Origin: Patescibacteria group bacterium | Lineage (GTDB): Bacteria > Patescibacteriota > Minisyncoccia > Phycocordibacterales > Phycocordibacteraceae | Reading direction: 5' to 3' | Length of the DNA: 64,000 nucleotides | Assembly: GCA_019744845.1 (NCBI GenBank) | Contig: JAIETW010000001.1 | Coordinates: 354,859 to 418,858 of the forward strand | In this document: one piece after another, positions 27,893 to 37,054 of the stretch | Layout of the letters: the number at the start of each line of letters is the position of its first letter | Numbering within the stretch: position 1 is the first letter of the stretch | Made by a program: the position numbers and the translations under genes | Notes under the pieces: model-generated | Seen by the model: the letters and a program-made list of their open reading frames with translations, nothing else | Told to the model about the DNA's origin: nothing | Database searches by the model: none

Positions 27893-28543
27893 ATGCCTCA
27901 GCTCTCAGAATCAGCCTTCCGGAAACTGTTGATCGCCCTTGCGGTCTACATCACCGCACTTATCGCAAGCAATACGCTTGGTATCAAGATCATGCCGTTT
28001 TTGTTTGATTCTCACCTCTCAGTAGGAGTATTCATGTTCCCTATCGTCTTTCTTATGACCGACGTAGTGGGTGAGGTCTACGGAAAGAAGATTGCGAAGT
28101 TCTTCGTACTCTCCGGTATCGTCGCGACTCTTCTGTGGATTGGATTTACCTTCCTCGCGCTTGCGATGCCATGGTCACCGGACGGCTGGGCTATCGGAGA
28201 CTATGAAACCGTATTCGGCATGTCCCTGCGCATTGCGATTGCCTCAATTGTCGCATTTGCGATTGCCGAGTATCAGGACGTGATCTCATTCTTCTTCTTC
28301 AAGAAGACGATTGGCGAAGAAGGTTTTTGGCTTCGTTCAAACCTGTCCAACCTCTGGTCACAGTTCCTTGATACGGTCATCTTTATGCTGATCGCCTTCC
28401 TTGGTATCTACCCACTTCCAGTGCTGCTTTCCCTCATTGTGACCTGGTGGCTCTACAAGGTAGCAATGGGCTTCTTCTACACGCCGCTTGCGTACGTCGG
28501 TATAAAGCTCCTCAAAGAAAAAGATGGAAGTCAGACCAATTAA
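27893..28543 (+). CDS. yhhQ: Queuosine-precursor transporter, YhhQ/DUF165 (VUT) family
   Basis: Six TM helices. The conserved LSNLWSQFLDTVIF segment and overall architecture fit YhhQ. Start chosen at MPQLSES. Confidence 0.7.
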   Translation: MPQLSESAFRKLLIALAVYITALIASNTLGIKIMPFLFDSHLSVGVFMFPIVFLMTDVVGEVYGKKIAKFFVLSGIVATLLWIGFTFLALAMPWSPDGWAIGDYETVFGMSLRIAIASIVAFAIAEYQDVISFFFFKKTIGEEGFWLRSNLSNLWSQFLDTVIFMLIAFLGIYPLPVLLSLIVTWWLYKVAMGFFYTPLAYVGIKLLKEKDGSQTN

Positions 28544-29282
28544 AACCCGCATATTCAAAGAGCGCGAGAATCTCGTTGACTTTATCGTCGCGCATATTCC
28601 GCGTGTGAAAGAAGGCACCATTATTGTGGTGACCTCTAAGATCGTGGCCCTTGCAGAAGGTCGCACGCTAGAGATTGAAGACGAGACCACTCGTGAGAAG
28701 GCCATCAAACAGGAATCAGACTTCGCGATCCGTACCATGTACACCTGGCTGACTCTGAAGGACGGTCTCCTTATGTCGAGCGCTGGAATTGATGAATCAA
28801 ATGCAGACGGGAAACTCATCCTTCTTCCGAAAGATAGCTTCAAGACCGCGTCAGTCCTTCTTCGCGAACTTAAGAAGCGATACAAGCTAAAGAAGCTCGG
28901 GATCCTTATCACTGATAGTCGCGTACTTGCACTCCGTGCCGGCGCCGTCGGCGTGTCTATGGGCTATGCAGGCTTCCGCGGGATCAAAGACTATCGTGGC
29001 ACTCCTGACATGTTCGGGCGCACCATGAAGATCTCTCGGAGTAACATCCCGGACGCCCTCTCCTCTGCGGCAGTGCTCGTCATGGGTGAAGGCGATGAGC
29101 GTCAGCCCCTTGCAGTCGTGACCGGGCTCCCCGTGGAGTTCGTGGAGCGCACGCAGCGTAAGGAGCTCGTGATCCCCCCAGAGCACGATATGTATCGTCC
29201 CTTCTTTGAGGAGGTCAAAAAGAAGAACCGCGGGAAGACGATTGAGCCCTACAAACGCCCTGCTCCTCGCCGAAAGAGGTAG
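28524..29282 (+). CDS. CofE-like protein (F420-0:gamma-glutamyl ligase family homolog)
   Basis: LKDGLLMSSAGIDESN and GILITDS segments resemble the CofE fold. 20 nt overlap with yhhQ. Confidence 0.55.
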   Translation: MEVRPIKTRIFKERENLVDFIVAHIPRVKEGTIIVVTSKIVALAEGRTLEIEDETTREKAIKQESDFAIRTMYTWLTLKDGLLMSSAGIDESNADGKLILLPKDSFKTASVLLRELKKRYKLKKLGILITDSRVLALRAGAVGVSMGYAGFRGIKDYRGTPDMFGRTMKISRSNIPDALSSAAVLVMGEGDERQPLAVVTGLPVEFVERTQRKELVIPPEHDMYRPFFEEVKKKNRGKTIEPYKRPAPRRKR

Positions 29283-29318
29283 CCGTAAGGCCATATTCGT
29301 GTTACAGTCCAGAAACAC

Positions 29319-29891
29319 GTGGCCGCTCTAAACGACAAGACTCGCATTAACCGGGAGATCACCGCGCGTGAACTTCGCGTGGTAGGAGCCCAAGGGGAAA
29401 ACCTTGGGGTCCTTTCCCTATCAGATGCTCTCAAAGCGGCTGCCGAAGCCAACCTAGACCTTATTGAGATCTCTCCGAATGCCGTCCCTCCCGTTGCGAA
29501 AGTGGCTGATTATGGTAAATTCCTTTACGAGCTGAAGAAGAAGGAAGGTGCGGCCCGGGCTAAAGCCAAGGTCTCTGAGACCAAGGAAGTCCAGATCAAG
29601 GTGGGTACCGGTGAGAACGACATGCGGTTGAAGGCTAAGAAAGCCGCCGAATGGCTCGCCGAAGGCCACCGAGTCCGTGCTGAACTCTTCCTCAAGGGCC
29701 GGTACAAGGGAATGGATGAAGCCTTCCTCAAGACCCGGCTCGAGAAGTTCCTTCTCCTCATCCCCTACGCATACCGAGTCGCAGAACCAATCACCAAGTC
29801 ACCAAAAGGCTTCGCAGGAATCATTGAACGAGATCCGAAGGCCGCAAAACCAGCCGCAGCACCAAAACAAGAAACTCATGAAAACAAATAA
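29319..29891 (+). CDS. infC: Translation initiation factor IF-3
   Basis: KTRINREITARELRVVGAQGENLGV ... DLIEISPNAVPPVAKVADYGKF. The ORF starts at GTG 29319. An in-frame ATT at 29295 follows AAGG by 4 nt, so a non-AUG start is likely. Confidence 0.85.
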   Translation: MAALNDKTRINREITARELRVVGAQGENLGVLSLSDALKAAAEANLDLIEISPNAVPPVAKVADYGKFLYELKKKEGAARAKAKVSETKEVQIKVGTGENDMRLKAKKAAEWLAEGHRVRAELFLKGRYKGMDEAFLKTRLEKFLLLIPYAYRVAEPITKSPKGFAGIIERDPKAAKPAAAPKQETHENK

Positions 29892-30063
29892 GTCATTCTC
29901 AAAGCGCATCCGAGTTACCCGCAAGGGGAAGCTTGTCGTGCGCAAGGCCGGACAGGACCACTTCAATGCCAAGGAGCGTAGCCGCACCAAGGGCCCAAAG
30001 AAGCGTGCCCAGTCCCTTAAGCTCGGCACCCGCCTTCGCCGCCGTTTCCTTCCAGGAACCTAA
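29878..30063 (+). CDS. rpmI: 50S ribosomal protein L35
   Basis: MKTNKSFSKRIRVTRKGKLVVRKAG ...; 61 aa. Overlaps the infC 3' end by 14 nt. Confidence 0.85.
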   Translation: MKTNKSFSKRIRVTRKGKLVVRKAGQDHFNAKERSRTKGPKKRAQSLKLGTRLRRRFLPGT

Positions 30064-30081
30064 TCATTTAAGTACTAATTT

Positions 30082-30429
30082 ATGCCACGAGTAAAAGGAG
30101 GAGTCATAAGTCTTAAGCGCCGCCGCAATGTGCTTAAGCGCGCCAAGGGCTTCCGTCATGGTCGCTCTAAGAAGGAGCGTGCCGCTAAGGAGTCTCTTGT
30201 ACACGCAGGAAAGCAGGCATTTGCGAACCGCCGCGACAAGAAGAATGAGTTCCGTCAGCTTTGGATTGTGCGTTTGAACGCCGCAGTACGCGATAACGGT
30301 CACAAGTCCTACAGCACCTTCATCGCAAAGCTTAAGAAGCAGGGTGTGATGCTAGACCGAAAGGTTCTCGCCACTCTCGCGGAGAAGAATCCTGAAGTGT
30401 TCACCCGAATTTCTAAGAAGGTCTCCTAA
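30082..30429 (+). CDS. rplT: 50S ribosomal protein L20
   Basis: MPRVKGGVISLKRRRNVLKRAKGFRHGRSK ... Confidence 0.9.
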   Translation: MPRVKGGVISLKRRRNVLKRAKGFRHGRSKKERAAKESLVHAGKQAFANRRDKKNEFRQLWIVRLNAAVRDNGHKSYSTFIAKLKKQGVMLDRKVLATLAEKNPEVFTRISKKVS

Positions 30430-30430
30430 G

Positions 30431-30460
30431 CAAAAGCCCCCAATTGGGGGCTTTTTTGTT
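30431..30460. terminator. Bidirectional intrinsic terminator (agccccc-aatt-gggggct + tttttgtt)
   Basis: Perfect 7 bp stem after rplT. Also 3' of the convergent 30459 gene. Confidence 0.7.
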
Positions 30461-31157
30461 ACTCCGCCAAAAGTCGTGCGCTTCCTGAGACTACCCGTGG
30501 CACACTTGGATCAGTAGGAATCGTTGGGTACCCCACAAAGATACTGCCAAGAAGCACGTACTTCATGTCTCCACAGAAGTTACCAATATATTGAAGTCCC
30601 CTGCTTGTAGCGTATTTCTCGGTGAGAAATGCACGCCACACTGTTTCATCAAATCCAAGCTGATAGTATGTCACCCCGTCGGCTTCCCAGCTATTGAGCG
30701 TACAGATGTTACGAATCTGAGTGCGCTCTTCCTCATCCCATCCTCCCCGAAATGCTTCTAGATTCTGTTCAATAGAAAGACCAGGAGAATAGTATTTAAG
30801 ATCAAGGAAGTGATGGAGGTCATCCCCTGCATCCCAATAGTAGATACTATCTCCTACATAATCTATTTTTACCGACTCAGATAGGAGTGTCTTGATGTCA
30901 CTGTACCGCTCAAGACGAAACGCAAGCTTGTAGTTTGAGTACGGATATATATTGAGCACTACATCAAGTACAGTGTGGTGTGGAATATAGGGTTCCGTCA
31001 CCTCTGAACGAGTCTCTACTTCTACCTCCTCTATCGTTGCGATGCTGTTCTTCTCAAGGTAGGTTTTAACGTACGGATACGACTGATACCCTGCCCCACC
31101 AATCAATACGAGAGCAACTATGAGTATGAGGATGTTCTTCATACCGCAAGTATACAC
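30459..31157 (-). CDS. Hypothetical membrane-anchored protein (Tyr/Trp-rich ectodomain)
   Basis: N-terminal TM helix (NILILIVALVLIGGAGY). Part of a lower-GC block. Confidence 0.4.
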   Translation of the reverse strand: MYTCGMKNILILIVALVLIGGAGYQSYPYVKTYLEKNSIATIEEVEVETRSEVTEPYIPHHTVLDVVLNIYPYSNYKLAFRLERYSDIKTLLSESVKIDYVGDSIYYWDAGDDLHHFLDLKYYSPGLSIEQNLEAFRGGWDEEERTQIRNICTLNSWEADGVTYYQLGFDETVWRAFLTEKYATSRGLQYIGNFCGDMKYVLLGSIFVGYPTIPTDPSVPRVVSGSARLLAE

Positions 31158-31160
31158 CTG

Positions 31161-31790
31161 CTAAGATGCAGCTTTCTCTACGCGCCACACTCGCCCAAAC
31201 TCACACCAGTTCTTCTTCACCAGTGCCCGAAGAAGGCGGAAGTAGTGCACGTCATCGCGTACCCGCTCATACGCAAGTCCTGGGACGGTAAGCGTATCAA
31301 GTACGTAGAGATATTCTTCGTCGTATCCGTATACAAACATCACATGATCAAAGAGCACAAACTGCGTTTTGGAAATCGGGATATCAATCGCTGTTGCGAC
31401 GTTGTTTTGAATCTGCATCTCAAGCATCCCCATCGCCTTCTCATAGGAGAGACGAGAGAAAAGAAGCTGATACATGAGATCAAAGTACGATGATACTTTC
31501 TTGTCATTGATATACAGCGCAAGTCCATGCTTCTTCAGGAATGCGGGTGCATGAAAGAACTGAGTCTGCGTCCAGGCAAGATATTTCGGCACAGGAGTTC
31601 CGAAGAGTTTTTGACAATCAATCTCTTGTGGATTTATTGCACTCGGGTTGAACGTCTCAGGATAATAGAAGTTCAAACAGTAGTAGAGGAAATCACGCTG
31701 ACACTTGAAGTGAAGTTGCTTTCCGTTACGGGATTCTCGCTCTACAAATCCCATTGAATCTAGAGGACGCTTGAGGGTGACCGTACTCAT
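31161..31790 (-). CDS. Hypothetical protein, possibly a papain-like (C39/BtrH-like) cysteine peptidase fold
   Basis: Candidate Cys (FKCQRDFLYYCLNFYY) and His (FDHVMFVYGYDEEYLYVLD) arranged as in C39-like peptidases. Weak. Confidence 0.3.
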   Translation of the reverse strand: MSTVTLKRPLDSMGFVERESRNGKQLHFKCQRDFLYYCLNFYYPETFNPSAINPQEIDCQKLFGTPVPKYLAWTQTQFFHAPAFLKKHGLALYINDKKVSSYFDLMYQLLFSRLSYEKAMGMLEMQIQNNVATAIDIPISKTQFVLFDHVMFVYGYDEEYLYVLDTLTVPGLAYERVRDDVHYFRLLRALVKKNWCEFGRVWRVEKAAS

Positions 31791-31807
31791 AATTACTGTA
31801 GTGAATC

Positions 31808-32302
31808 TTAGGCGTGTGTGCGGATATACTGCTCTACCGCAGCAATATCTACAAGCTGATGGTCCCCATCAAGCTCCCTCTTGTAAGCAACAAGGTCTCG
31901 CGGGTCTATGAGTGAGACGCTCACTCCTTCTATCTCCACAATTTGGTTTGGGTACTTACGGTATCTGTCTTTTGTCTGAAACCATTCGGACTTCTCTTTG
32001 TTTGACATACGAAGAGTGTCTATATCGGTCATGTCTATCTCTTGACCGTGGTAGTTGAGGGAAAGTGTATCGCAATCCCACTTCTCGTTTTTGTAGTGTT
32101 TAGGACCAGCTGTGATGTATTCCTGTACGTCGGGAAGAATGGCGTCAAAGTACTTGCCCGGCAGCGAGATGTCTATGTCATTGATAGCGCGATTTGATCC
32201 GTATATGCGTGCGGCAAAACCTCCACCTATGCGATACGGTACCTGGTGCTTATTGAGGATGCCAACAATCCAGTACACAGCCTCAACCGTCTTTGCTTCC
32301 AT
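31808..32302 (-). CDS. Lnu(A)/ANT(2'')-family nucleotidyltransferase (lincosamide/aminoglycoside nucleotidyltransferase-like)
   Basis: Pol-beta NTase signature YRIGGGFAARIYGSNRAINDIDI (G-x-x-A ... h-DhDh) in a 164 aa protein. The architecture resembles LinA/Lnu(A) and AadB. Start chosen at MEAKTVEA (cat at 32300-32302). The 277 aa upstream extension is rejected. Confidence 0.5.
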   Translation of the reverse strand: MEAKTVEAVYWIVGILNKHQVPYRIGGGFAARIYGSNRAINDIDISLPGKYFDAILPDVQEYITAGPKHYKNEKWDCDTLSLNYHGQEIDMTDIDTLRMSNKEKSEWFQTKDRYRKYPNQIVEIEGVSVSLIDPRDLVAYKRELDGDHQLVDIAAVEQYIRTHA

Positions 32303-32318
32303 ACGAGCAGTATAAGTC

Positions 32319-33149
32319 CTAAAAGTAATACTCCTGGTACGGAGGCAATAGCCCTGCCTCAAAGTCATCGGCAAGCTTGTTCCACTTTTCAACCCTGCCT
32401 GGGTACCACGTTTGCCCCTGCATGAGTGGAGCATCTTTGTGTTTTTGATAGATTCTTTCAAACAGATCAGCCCAATCTCTATAGGTAGAGTTTGAAACAA
32501 GGCCATCTCCTCCAAATCGTTGGGTGTATGTATACAACTTTTCTGGCACATATTTGAATCCATCGGGATATCTCTCCGCAAGACTGAGAAAGAAATCCCA
32601 ATCCTCCATCTTTTTGATTGCAGGATCCCATCGCACGCCATCTTCTATGATTTTCCTCGTATGCATAGCTCCGGTGGTATCCGTATGTAGTTTTCTATGA
32701 AAAATATCTTGAGCAGATACCTGCTCCGGAAAGTCGTCAGAGTCATCTATGCGCGTTACAAGCACTCCATCTCTATACAACTCCTTAATCCTGTCGCCCA
32801 TAGGGAAACCCCACACCGCATCCTGATTGAGTTCAAACTCCCGCACCATTCGTTCCATGTAATTTGGATACAACGTATTGTCGCTATCAAGGTAGGCAAT
32901 GAGATTCCCTATTGATAACTCCATGCCACGATTCCGTGCTACATGTGGACCCTGGTTCTCTTGAGAGAAGTATTTAATTCTCTCGTCGTTATACTCTCTT
33001 ACCGCTCCTTCCGTATCATCGGTAGACCCGTCGTCAATCACCAAGACCTCCCAATTTGTATGCCTCTGTTTCAAGACACTATCAATGGTGTCTTTCAACA
33101 TTCGCGCCCTGTTATACGTTGGGATAATTACTGAAACTAAGTTATGCAT
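32319..33149 (-). CDS. Family 2 glycosyltransferase
   Basis: VSVIIPTYNRARML, VLVIDDGSTDDT and YLDSDN (DxD) motifs. Start at MHNLVSV. Confidence 0.75.
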   Translation of the reverse strand: MHNLVSVIIPTYNRARMLKDTIDSVLKQRHTNWEVLVIDDGSTDDTEGAVREYNDERIKYFSQENQGPHVARNRGMELSIGNLIAYLDSDNTLYPNYMERMVREFELNQDAVWGFPMGDRIKELYRDGVLVTRIDDSDDFPEQVSAQDIFHRKLHTDTTGAMHTRKIIEDGVRWDPAIKKMEDWDFFLSLAERYPDGFKYVPEKLYTYTQRFGGDGLVSNSTYRDWADLFERIYQKHKDAPLMQGQTWYPGRVEKWNKLADDFEAGLLPPYQEYYF

Positions 33150-33183
33150 TGTGGAAATGATAGCAAGATTTAGAGAGTAGACT

Positions 33184-34416
33184 CTACACTGAATTCCCGG
33201 CCACATACCCCGTGGTCCAACAAAGCTGAAGAGAATATCCTCCAGAAGGACGTGTGATATGAAGCAGATCCCCTGTTACATACAGATTCTCAAACTTCTT
33301 AGAACGCATAGTGCGCATATCTACCTCTCTAAGGATAAGTCCTCCATCGGCGACCACTGCTCGCTCAAAACCCATAAGACCTGTCACCGTAAAGGTAAGG
33401 CCCTTGAGGAGCTCGGCGATTACTCTCCGGTCCTCTTTCCGTACACTGTGCACCTTCGTCTCCTTATCTACGGTTGGAAGCTGCTCAAGCAGAATCTCCG
33501 ACGTACCTGGCGGCACAAGCTCACGAAACACATTCTTCAGGTTCTTGTTCTTATGCGCGTCAAACACCTTCGCAATATGTTTATCCAAAATCCCAAGATC
33601 CATAGACGGATATAGATCTATGCGCGCGGTGACCACGCTTTCTTGAAGCATATCTGCCACCTGCCCTGCGGCGTTCAACACGGTAGGACCTGAGATACCA
33701 AAGTGCGTAAACAAAATGGAGCCTGTACGTGAAAGTTTCTTCCCGCTTGGAAGTGAGAAGGTGATCTTTGCACCTTCTGCTTTTGCACCAGAGAGTTGCT
33801 TTACCCACCCTTCGCGTACCTTAAGCGGAACGATAGTAGGTGTCGGCGCTTCAACTGAATGTCCAAATCCCTGAAGCCACGTAAACCCATCCCCGGTAGA
33901 ACCAGTCTCTGGATGCGACATACCGCCAGTCGCAAGAATGTAGCTACGTGCGGTATACACCTTGTCCTTCACCGCTACACCTGTAATGCGTCCGCTACTT
34001 GAATCTATGCGCGTCACTCCTGCCCCAAGAAGCACACGGACTCCTGCCTTCTTCATATCATCCTCTAGCACCTTCACCACATCCAGTGCTTTCTCAGTCT
34101 TTGGGAACGCACGATTGTGTGCTTCCACCTTCAAAGGAAGCCCCCGAGACTCAAAGAACTCAAAGGTCTCTTTCACTCCAAACTCGGAGAAGGAAGAATA
34201 GAGCGCTTGCTCTGCCTCTCCGTACTTGGAAAGCAACACTCGGACATCCTTCTCTGCATTTGTGATATTGCAGCGGGTACCGCCCGTAATACGAAGCTTC
34301 TCACCGAGGCGACGATTGCGCTCCAAGAGGAGTACCTTCTTGCCACGGCGTGCAGCCTGCCCTGCCGCCATCATGCCGGCGGCTCCACCTCCGATGACGA
34401 TAACGTCGTATTCCAT
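33184..34416 (-). CDS. HI0933/YhiN-family FAD-dependent flavoprotein (aminoacetone-oxidase-like)
   Basis: YDVIVIGGGAAGMMAA dinucleotide-binding motif and GGTRCNITN, characteristic of TIGR00275-type flavoproteins. Confidence 0.75.
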   Translation of the reverse strand: MEYDVIVIGGGAAGMMAAGQAARRGKKVLLLERNRRLGEKLRITGGTRCNITNAEKDVRVLLSKYGEAEQALYSSFSEFGVKETFEFFESRGLPLKVEAHNRAFPKTEKALDVVKVLEDDMKKAGVRVLLGAGVTRIDSSSGRITGVAVKDKVYTARSYILATGGMSHPETGSTGDGFTWLQGFGHSVEAPTPTIVPLKVREGWVKQLSGAKAEGAKITFSLPSGKKLSRTGSILFTHFGISGPTVLNAAGQVADMLQESVVTARIDLYPSMDLGILDKHIAKVFDAHKNKNLKNVFRELVPPGTSEILLEQLPTVDKETKVHSVRKEDRRVIAELLKGLTFTVTGLMGFERAVVADGGLILREVDMRTMRSKKFENLYVTGDLLHITRPSGGYSLQLCWTTGYVAGNSV

Positions 34417-34420
34417 CTGG

Positions 34421-35824
34421 CTATCGTATATCGCCACGCACTTCCTGTCGCGTCACCCCTTTCTTGGACACCTCCCACACCTCATTCTTCCCTGCGACAA
34501 TTGCGCGTACCCCAAGGAAGTCATGAATACGTTGCGCAAGGAATCGTGCGGAAGAAGGCTCCCCCATCGCAACAAAGAAGGTCTTCGCAGACGGTACGCA
34601 GCTGTCAGCAAAGCGAAGAAGTCCATCCCGATCTGCATGTCCTGACCACCCATGAAGTGTCTCCACCTTCGCACGCACCTCTACCATCTGTCCGGCAATC
34701 TTTACCTTCTTAGACCCGTCCTGAAGAAGTCTTCCTGGGCTCCCTGGTGCCTGATACCCGACCATAATAAGGGTGGTCTGTGGCTTCGGAAGGAACATCT
34801 TCTCCCACTTCCCTATACGCCCCCCATGACTCATACCAGCCCCTGCAATAATGATCTTTGGATCCTTAGTATCTACAATCTGCTGCGACTCTTCCCGAGA
34901 AGGAGTCATTTTAAGGAATGGAAATGCGAATAGATCATGCTCACGCTTCAGCTCATCCTGTGCAGCGTCCTTAAAGTACTTTGCCGCATGCTTCTTATAA
35001 ATATCAGTAACGGCAATCGCAAGCGGAGAATCTAGAAAGACAGGGATCCGAGGGAGCGCACCTGCCTCCATAAGATTAGAGAGCTCATAGAGCATGAGCT
35101 GGGTACGCTCTACGGAGAAGGCAGGGATGAGAATAGGGCCCTTACGCGCAATAGCGGCCTTTACCGTATCCCTGAACTTCTCTACCCGATGCTCCTTCTC
35201 TGGATTCGCTCGGTCTCCGTACACGCTCTCAATCACGACCGCGTCCGCATCAGTAATCGCCTCTGCGTCCGGGAGAAGTGGAGTTGGCGAATTCCCAATA
35301 TCACTCGTAAAGGCAATCGTATCTCCGTCTCCATCCTTAAGGCGTATGCTGGCACCACCGAGAATATGCCCAGTATCACGAAGCATCATAGACATGCCCC
35401 CTACTTTCATTTCCTTCCGGTACTCCACCACCTCTATCTGCGAAAGCATCTTGTTTACATGCTCTTCTAAATACAGCGGCGGAAGCTGCTTTGCCTTCGC
35501 ATTCTCCGACATGATGTGTGCACTGTCGCGGAGCATCACGTCCGCAATGTCTCTCGTTGGTTCCGTCATATAGATCGGACCGGCGTATCCATCTTTTACG
35601 AGCTTAGGCACCCGCCCGATGTGATCAAGGTGCGCGTGTGTGACGACAACCGCAGTAATACGCTCAAGATCATACGGAAATTCGTCATACATACAGGACT
35701 CACAAAAATCTTTCCCTTGCTCAATACCACAATCAATCAAAATACGAGTGTCACCACTCTCAACCAAAAACTCAGAGCCCGTCACCGCATCCGCCCCTCC
35801 AAAGAAACTTACACGGAACGCCAT
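34421..35824 (-). CDS. Metallo-beta-lactamase / beta-CASP family hydrolase (RNase J / CPSF-like)
   Basis: HAHLDHIG (HxHxDH), a later DTGH, and a C-terminal beta-CASP region with HGWSGHAD. Confidence 0.7.
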   Translation of the reverse strand: MAFRVSFFGGADAVTGSEFLVESGDTRILIDCGIEQGKDFCESCMYDEFPYDLERITAVVVTHAHLDHIGRVPKLVKDGYAGPIYMTEPTRDIADVMLRDSAHIMSENAKAKQLPPLYLEEHVNKMLSQIEVVEYRKEMKVGGMSMMLRDTGHILGGASIRLKDGDGDTIAFTSDIGNSPTPLLPDAEAITDADAVVIESVYGDRANPEKEHRVEKFRDTVKAAIARKGPILIPAFSVERTQLMLYELSNLMEAGALPRIPVFLDSPLAIAVTDIYKKHAAKYFKDAAQDELKREHDLFAFPFLKMTPSREESQQIVDTKDPKIIIAGAGMSHGGRIGKWEKMFLPKPQTTLIMVGYQAPGSPGRLLQDGSKKVKIAGQMVEVRAKVETLHGWSGHADRDGLLRFADSCVPSAKTFFVAMGEPSSARFLAQRIHDFLGVRAIVAGKNEVWEVSKKGVTRQEVRGDIR

Positions 35825-36168
35825 AGAGAGATACGTGCCACCATATAGACAATCACTGCACCAAGCGTACCCATGAGAAGATCTAGTGCGGTATCAAATA
35901 CGTAATTTGCTTCCCGTGGAATACCAAAGAAGTATTCAAACAACTCCCATCCGATAATCGCCGCAGCGATAAGAAGTGCGAAAAGAAGTGGGCGCCATGC
36001 ATTTAGGAACGCGGCCACAAACACACCGATCGTAATCCCACCAAAAAAGTGTATCGGCACATCAATCCATACAAAGCGCCAATACAAATAATCCACCATC
36101 GCAATATAGTTCGCGGTGAACAAAAGTATGGAAAGAACGAGTGCGGCTACTAACCACCATATACGCAT
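35809..36168 (-). CDS. Small integral membrane protein (hypothetical; possibly VanZ-like)
   Basis: 3-4 TM helices. Start uncertain (alternatives at 36186 or 36240). Confidence 0.35.
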   Translation of the reverse strand: MRIWWLVAALVLSILLFTANYIAMVDYLYWRFVWIDVPIHFFGGITIGVFVAAFLNAWRPLLFALLIAAAIIGWELFEYFFGIPREANYVFDTALDLLMGTLGAVIVYMVARISLWRSV

Positions 36169-36418
36169 ACCGGAACACTTTAGCATGAGAAAACCCCGCA
36201 TGACGCGAGGTTCTCTGTAAGAGCCACCCTCGTGTGGCAACTCTTGTATGCCACGTGGGTGTCCGCACCTGTGGAATCGGAACCGGAGTTCACCATCCGA
36301 CAGAGATATGAGACTCCCTGAAGGTAAGCAAGTTGCGTTTTAAGGAATGGCTCCACCTATAAGTATACATACGCAAAATGAAGCACCTGTGGATATGCAA
36401 TAGCGCACAGTTGAGCCG

Positions 36419-37036
36419 CTATTGGCCTTTTGTATTGATCACCTCAGGCACGAACGCCTCTACCTCAAAAATATCGGTCTCTGCACTCATACCTTGATAC
36501 GTCACGCGCACCGCGCCAGGTGCTGCACCAAACTCTGCAAACTCAGAAGAAAGTTTTGCGGTAAACACGCCTTTTGAAATACTGCCGATCGGCCCCACCA
36601 CTTCCCATGCGGCTTTTTCTGTCACATCTTCAGTGCTTCCGTCACTCTTTTTGAATGTTGCCGTGAATGAAAGCTCGTCTTCCTCCGTGACACTTGAAAG
36701 CTTCGGAGAAGTAATAGAAAGAGACGTGGAAGAAGTAGAGGAAGAACCCAATGAAGTCTTCTGAACAGTCGTCGTCGCAGTAGTAGTTGCAACTACTGGA
36801 ACAGGAGTAACGACTGCAGGTACTACAGGAGCTACAGGCTTAGTACTGACAGTCGGGGTGACTGACTTAGGTGCAGGAGCAAAAGGAGCTTCCGGTGCGA
36901 CTTCTTCAGTCGTGGTCGCCACTATCACTTCTTCTACTACAGGAACTTCAACGACTGGATCAGGAACTTCTGTACCACCAAACAAACCTCCGAAGAAGCC
37001 TCCGACTGCTGCAATGATGCCAAAGAAAAACTCCAT
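36419..37036 (-). CDS. Secreted/anchored protein with a Pro/Thr/Val-rich linker and a C-terminal globular domain
   Basis: N-terminal GG-rich hydrophobic segment, a roughly 80 aa PT-rich low-complexity region, then a structured C-terminus. Confidence 0.4.
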   Translation of the reverse strand: MEFFFGIIAAVGGFFGGLFGGTEVPDPVVEVPVVEEVIVATTTEEVAPEAPFAPAPKSVTPTVSTKPVAPVVPAVVTPVPVVATTTATTTVQKTSLGSSSTSSTSLSITSPKLSSVTEEDELSFTATFKKSDGSTEDVTEKAAWEVVGPIGSISKGVFTAKLSSEFAEFGAAPGAVRVTYQGMSAETDIFEVEAFVPEVINTKGQ

Positions 37037-37054
37037 GGCGTTTACCTAACCCAA

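Noticed and set aside
32303-32641. 113 aa upstream extension of the nucleotidyltransferase ORF
   Set aside because: The extension lacks any NTase similarity and would leave no gap between the neighbouring genes. The internal ATG at 32302 gives the 164 aa LinA-sized protein and a 16 nt spacing to the upstream gene.
36241-36418. Possible SRP RNA (4.5S) in the 178 bp gap
   Set aside because: Only a weak GAAGGUAAGCAAG resemblance to the domain IV motif. No convincing closing helix could be found by eye, so not called as a feature (left as a low-interest finding for a covariance search).
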